A DNA stretch of 64,000 nt. It comes from an uncultured Gammaproteobacteria bacterium (lineage in GTDB: Bacteria > Pseudomonadota > Gammaproteobacteria > Poriferisulfidales > GCA-002705445). The position numbers and the translations under genes were made by a program. The DNA lies in the NCBI GenBank assembly GCA_913031205.1, contig CAJWEM010000001.1, forward strand, positions 32,723 through 96,722, read 5' to 3'. Every line of letters begins with the position of its first letter. The first letter of the stretch is position 1. Below the pieces are notes generated by a model. That model ran no database searches. It was given only the letters and a program-made list of their open reading frames with translations, and had not been told where the DNA came from. Of the stretch, positions 60,500 to 64,000 are shown piece after piece.

Positions 60500-61180
60500 A
60501 TGTATTGGGAAGACGATGATCAAGAGAAGCAAAAGAAATCTAGTGAAAAAATCGTAGATATATCTTTTAAAGTAAATTGCAATAAAATTGCAGCTGATCA
60601 TGCATACGATTTATTTCAAGCTGTTTCAAAAAGATTCCCAAAGATTAATACTATTGATAATTTAGCTATTCACTCCGTTTATGGGGCAGAATCTGGTGCG
60701 GGATGGGAAAGACCAGAGACAGAAATTTACCTTTCAAAACGAACTCGATTTTGTATTCGCACACCTATTGAGCATTCTGAAGAATTTCATGATCTTAATG
60801 GAGAAACTTTAAAAATTGGAAAATATGAAATGTCATTTTCGAAGCCAACAATCAAAAAGTTAGGAATAACCGACACGCTATTTTGCAGAACAGTTGTTGT
60901 TGAAAATAATAATAGCGAAGAAGAATTCCTGAAAGATGTAAGTTTATCCTTAGCTGAGATGAGTATCAGTGTTAAAAAAATGCTTTGTGGAAAAGAGCAT
61001 ATTATTCAAACTCCAAATAAGGCATTAGTCGGAAAAACCCTTCTAATAACTGACCTGGAGAAACATGACTCAATTAAATTACAAGAGCTCGGAATAGGTA
61101 TTGGAAAATTATTTGGATGTGGTATCTTTTTACCTCATAAAAGTATAGCTCCTGTAGCTATCTCGAAAAGTAATGAATAA
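60500..61180 (+). CDS. orphan Cas6-like RAMP protein (no CRISPR array or other cas genes in window)
   Basis: 226 aa. The C-terminal glycine-rich loop GIGIGKLFGCGIF fits the Cas6 consensus GhGxxxxxGhG exactly, at the expected position about 20 aa from the C-terminus. The N-terminus has a beta-strand followed by a His-containing helix (IVDISFKV...AADHAYDLFQAV), like the Cas6 catalytic-His region. Confidence 0.5.
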   Translation: MYWEDDDQEKQKKSSEKIVDISFKVNCNKIAADHAYDLFQAVSKRFPKINTIDNLAIHSVYGAESGAGWERPETEIYLSKRTRFCIRTPIEHSEEFHDLNGETLKIGKYEMSFSKPTIKKLGITDTLFCRTVVVENNNSEEEFLKDVSLSLAEMSISVKKMLCGKEHIIQTPNKALVGKTLLITDLEKHDSIKLQELGIGIGKLFGCGIFLPHKSIAPVAISKSNE

Positions 61181-61203
61181 CATAATTTGTCAAGGAGGTT
61201 AAA

Positions 61204-61545
61204 ATGCCAACAATCGAAATAGCAGGAAAACAAATTGAAACAACAGACATGGGATACTTGATTAACGCCGAAGATTGGTCCGAGGACTTAGCCAAAGAAA
61301 TCGCAGCAAACGAAAAATTGGAATTAACCGAAAGGCATTGGGATGTAATCAACCATTTGAGAGATGAATTTTTTAATAATGGCGGTAATCAACCTAATAC
61401 GAGAAAACTTTGTAAATACTTTGAAAAACTTTGGGGTGAAAAAATTGATGCAAAAGTTCTTTATGATCTTTTCCCTGGGGATCCAAGCAAACAAGGTGGA
61501 AGAATATCTGGTTTACCAGAAAGCCGAAGAAAAGGTGGGTACTAA
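61204..61545 (+). CDS. DsrC/TusE-family paralog lacking both catalytic cysteines
   Basis: 113 aa. It aligns along its whole length with the dsrC at 55320-55652 (GKQ.E....GYL.N..DW..D.A..IA......L.E.HW.VIN.LR......G..P..R.L.K......G.K......LY.LFP..P.KQ....SGLP). The C-terminus is ...KQGGRISGLPESRRKGGY, so CysB and CysA are replaced. Confidence 0.8.
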   Translation: MPTIEIAGKQIETTDMGYLINAEDWSEDLAKEIAANEKLELTERHWDVINHLRDEFFNNGGNQPNTRKLCKYFEKLWGEKIDAKVLYDLFPGDPSKQGGRISGLPESRRKGGY

Positions 61546-61622
61546 ATAACTCAATATAATTGTTGTAGATTTTTTACACTAATTTGGGATATTATATATC
61601 CATAGTTTATATGGGGTGGATT

Positions 61623-61829
61623 ATGAGTGAAGATAAACAAGAGAAAATAAAAAAACTTCTCGCGATGCAAAAAAAATTTATTGCACTGGATCGAGAACAA
61701 GGTGTCGAAGCGTCTGAGTATTTTTCTCCGGATGACGATTCTGAAATAGCGGGATTTAGAGAAGAGTATAGGGATTTGGCAATGGATATTGTTGACCTTG
61801 CTCACAAAGACAAGGGCTCTAAAAAATAA
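61623..61829 (+). CDS. small acidic hypothetical protein (68 aa from ATG at 61623; track ORF starts at upstream TTG)
   Basis: MSEDKQEKIKKLLAMQKKFIALDREQGVEASEYFSPDDDSEIAGFREEYRDLAMDIVDLAHKDKGSKK, preceded by a GGGGTGGA purine-rich RBS. Confidence 0.45.
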   Translation: MSEDKQEKIKKLLAMQKKFIALDREQGVEASEYFSPDDDSEIAGFREEYRDLAMDIVDLAHKDKGSKK

Positions 61830-61833
61830 AAAA

Positions 61834-62154
61834 ATGTATGAACTTACAGTCATTCTCGGCGAGAATGAGTACCCTCTTAAAATAAAAGAAGCTATCGTAA
61901 ATGAGGCAGGGTCGTTTTTTGAAAAAATGGATTCAGATATGAATAAAGGCTGGCAAATGAGTAAAAATTGGGTTGAGAATCCAAGCCAATTTCAAAAATG
62001 CCAAATTGTTGCAGATCGTTTATTTACTTCAATACATCTTAATAAAAAGAAAACTGCTATTATGATGGCAGCTTATATAATCAATCAAATGCCAAATGTA
62101 AAAATTATTGATATTGATATTTCTGGAAATATGGAAGAAACTTCTTTTTCATAA
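61834..62154 (+). CDS. hypothetical protein (106 aa from ATG at 61834)
   Basis: MYELTVILGENEYPLKIKEAIVNEAG... starts 5 bp after the previous stop. No motif recognised. Confidence 0.45.
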   Translation: MYELTVILGENEYPLKIKEAIVNEAGSFFEKMDSDMNKGWQMSKNWVENPSQFQKCQIVADRLFTSIHLNKKKTAIMMAAYIINQMPNVKIIDIDISGNMEETSFS

Positions 62155-62727
62155 CTAAGCAAAGACAACCCAAGTAGTTGCTATATATTTTTTACCACTA
62201 ATTACTTCTTTACCTCTATGCTTATGCGTCCAGAAAGGCGGGAAAAGAATCAACTTGCCTGTTTCTGGTTTAATACTGACATCCTGATAAAAAAATTCTG
62301 TTCCCCCGCCTTGGTCTTCACTTAGATCATTCAAGTAAAAGATCGCGACCAACTGTCGATAACTAAATTCATGACTGCCTCCATCAATATGCCAATGGTA
62401 AAATTGGCCTGGCTCAGTTCTTTGAATCGCATAACCCATGTCTTTGAAAGGCCCTTGAAAAAACTCAATTTCTCTTTTTAATCTTGCCAAAGATTTTGCT
62501 AAAACAGTAAAAAATAGTTTATCTACTTCTTTCCATTCTTTTTTACCGCTAATAAATAAATCTGTAGACTTTTTAATATTCAAATCTTCGTCTAGATTCT
62601 GCCCGATCTTACCTTGATAATGCTCGTCTTTGTTTTGCTCAAACAAATCTATAATAGTCTTACAATCTTGCTTATCAATTGCATTATCAAATTCAAATAT
62701 AAAAGTATTTGGCTTTATCTCTTTCAT
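62155..62727 (-). CDS. prolyl-4-hydroxylase-like Fe(II)/2-oxoglutarate oxygenase (small, 190 aa)
   Basis: HxD...H triad region YHWHIDGG...FWTHKHRGKEV, characteristic of the P4Hc/2OG-FeII_Oxy_3 fold. Confidence 0.65.
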   Translation of the reverse strand: MKEIKPNTFIFEFDNAIDKQDCKTIIDLFEQNKDEHYQGKIGQNLDEDLNIKKSTDLFISGKKEWKEVDKLFFTVLAKSLARLKREIEFFQGPFKDMGYAIQRTEPGQFYHWHIDGGSHEFSYRQLVAIFYLNDLSEDQGGGTEFFYQDVSIKPETGKLILFPPFWTHKHRGKEVISGKKYIATTWVVFA

Positions 62728-62774
62728 TCGTAATAATATATAATGTATTGAATTAATTTATTTAAAAGTCGTCA

Positions 62775-63329
62775 ATGAGTATACAAAGAATACATAGCGG
62801 TTGGAATCAAAAAGGTAAAAAAAGGCAGATTGGTCAAATTGCAAGTGCGTTGGCGGTTAGCATATGGAAAATATCAAAAAAAACTCTTCTGAATTTGGAA
62901 AATGAAGGATTTGATACTGACACATGGACAGATAGAATTGAGATACTTAGAGAAATTTCTTGTTTTCAAGTATACGTAACGATAAATGAGATAACTGGTT
63001 TTGATGACGAAAGAAAAATCGATTTTATTACTGATATTGCAAAGAAACTTAATGAAACAATAAATATAAACCAGGTTGATCTTAAAATCCCAAAAGAAAA
63101 TATTAAGGTAAAATTTATAAATCTTTTAAATGAAAGGATGGATGAATATACTGCGCTTGAATATAAAGATGAGCCAAGTTACAAAGCTAGCATAATTTTA
63201 GGTAATCATCTGATGCAACATATGGGTGAACTTGATAATAATTGGATTCGCATGTATGTAATTGATCAAGAGGTTCCAAAAATTTTGCAATCTCTTAGGC
63301 GCCCGATCAAGTCATTAGTTAATAAATAA
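62775..63329 (+). CDS. hypothetical protein (184 aa)
   Basis: Clean ORF. No recognisable motif. Confidence 0.4.
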   Translation: MSIQRIHSGWNQKGKKRQIGQIASALAVSIWKISKKTLLNLENEGFDTDTWTDRIEILREISCFQVYVTINEITGFDDERKIDFITDIAKKLNETININQVDLKIPKENIKVKFINLLNERMDEYTALEYKDEPSYKASIILGNHLMQHMGELDNNWIRMYVIDQEVPKILQSLRRPIKSLVNK

Positions 63330-63331
63330 GC

Positions 63332-63529
63332 CTATTTTTTCTTCCAATCGCCAATATTGGCTAAGTTATTCTCTTGGCCGTCCTCATAACCAGCATCATA
63401 TGCTTCGTTTGTTCTTTGCTCTTCTCTAGGAGGGTGTCCTAGAAACCCACCCTGCCAGCCGAGAATATATTCCTCGTCAACATCTTGTTCTTCCATTTTA
63501 ACAATGGCATTTCTATATGTTTCATTCAT
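63332..63529 (-). CDS. small acidic hypothetical protein (65 aa)
   Basis: ORF only. Acidic (EEQDVDEEY..EDGQEN). Confidence 0.3.
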   Translation of the reverse strand: MNETYRNAIVKMEEQDVDEEYILGWQGGFLGHPPREEQRTNEAYDAGYEDGQENNLANIGDWKKK

Positions 63530-63567
63530 AATATTTTCACCTTACTTTAATAAATATTTTATCAATT

Positions 63568-64000
63568 TTATTTTTTAAAAGCATTATAAAAAAATTCTTT
63601 TGCTTTTCCACTATCGATAGCCTTCTTAACTTGTTCAGCTGCACTAGTAAAACTAATTTGCTTTACAATTGATAAAGCCAAGGAACCAGTATAAATTAAC
63701 GTATCTTTTGCGGGCCCGTCTTCACCATTTAAAGCCTTAATTCCAATATCTGCAGCTTTTTCTGAAAAGTCTTGAACATTGATATCGCTTGAGATTTCAT
63801 CCAATTTAATTTCCTCAACTTTTTCTAATTCGGGTAACGGAACTGCTCTCATATTTTGAATAATTGAAATCTCTTTGGCATTAAATTTTGTGTCTTGCAT
63901 TTCACTGTTATCGACATAATAAAAAACTTTACCATCACCTCTTAAAGATGGAGAAACCCCACCTTCAACTCCTTTTACTAATATTGCGGAATCAAAGCCC
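63568..64000 (-). CDS. TrpD-family (glycosyltransferase family 3; TrpD2/YbiB-like) protein, C-terminal part; 5' end lies beyond window
   Basis: The track ORF starts at the internal Met at 63900. The same frame continues upstream to the window edge with no stop, reading ...GFDSAILVKGVEGGVSPSLRGDGKVFYYVDNSEMQDTKF... This and the C-terminal ...ALSIVKQISFTSAAEQVKKAIDSGKA resemble the middle and C-terminal regions of the TrpD domain in the trpDC gene at 26204. Confidence 0.55.
   Translation of the reverse strand, partial: GFDSAILVKGVEGGVSPSLRGDGKVFYYVDNSEMQDTKFNAKEISIIQNMRAVPLPELEKVEEIKLDEISSDINVQDFSEKAADIGIKALNGEDGPAKDTLIYTGSLALSIVKQISFTSAAEQVKKAIDSGKAKEFFYNAFKK

Noticed and set aside
61551-61853. 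100-aa minus-strand ORF overlapping the small plus-strand genes at 61623 and 61834
   Set aside because: It overlaps two tightly spaced co-directional plus-strand ORFs that have RBSs. Its sequence is low complexity and likely spurious. Low certainty either way.

Overview
This window is AT-rich (roughly one-third GC by eye), gene-dense gammaproteobacterial chromosome. The housekeeping synteny is classical: tsf-rpsB divergent from map-glnD-dapD-dapE; acpS-pdxJ-recO-era-rnc-lepB; thrS-infC-rpmI-rplT-pheS-pheT-ihfA followed by tRNA-Val. The second half carries a complete oxidative (reverse-type) dissimilatory sulfite reductase cluster, dsrABEFHCMKLJOPNR, on the minus strand. It also carries sat (ATP sulfurylase), two rhodaneses, OsmC, nrdAB, bioA, coq7, a fused trpD-trpC, and a MerR-like/fabA/AlkB-like lipid module. 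Together these suggest a reduced-genome chemolithoautotrophic sulfur oxidiser of SUP05-clade type; that organism call is inference only. No CRISPR array, integrase or transposase was found. The region most worth a second look is the tightly packed plus-strand operon at about 59.4-62.2 kb, divergent from dsrAB. It encodes a TauD-like Fe/2OG dioxygenase, an orphan Cas6-like RAMP protein with a textbook C-terminal glycine-rich loop, a DsrC paralog lacking both catalytic cysteines and several small proteins, and it is bracketed by a second 2OG oxygenase. A second candidate is the three-gene locus after tRNA-Val: a secreted Dabb-like protein, a 372-aa unknown and a stand-alone Cas4-like Fe-S PD-(D/E)XK nuclease. 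Coordinates follow the supplied ORF track except where noted (tsf, infC, dsrL, three small ORFs, the tRNA, terminators).
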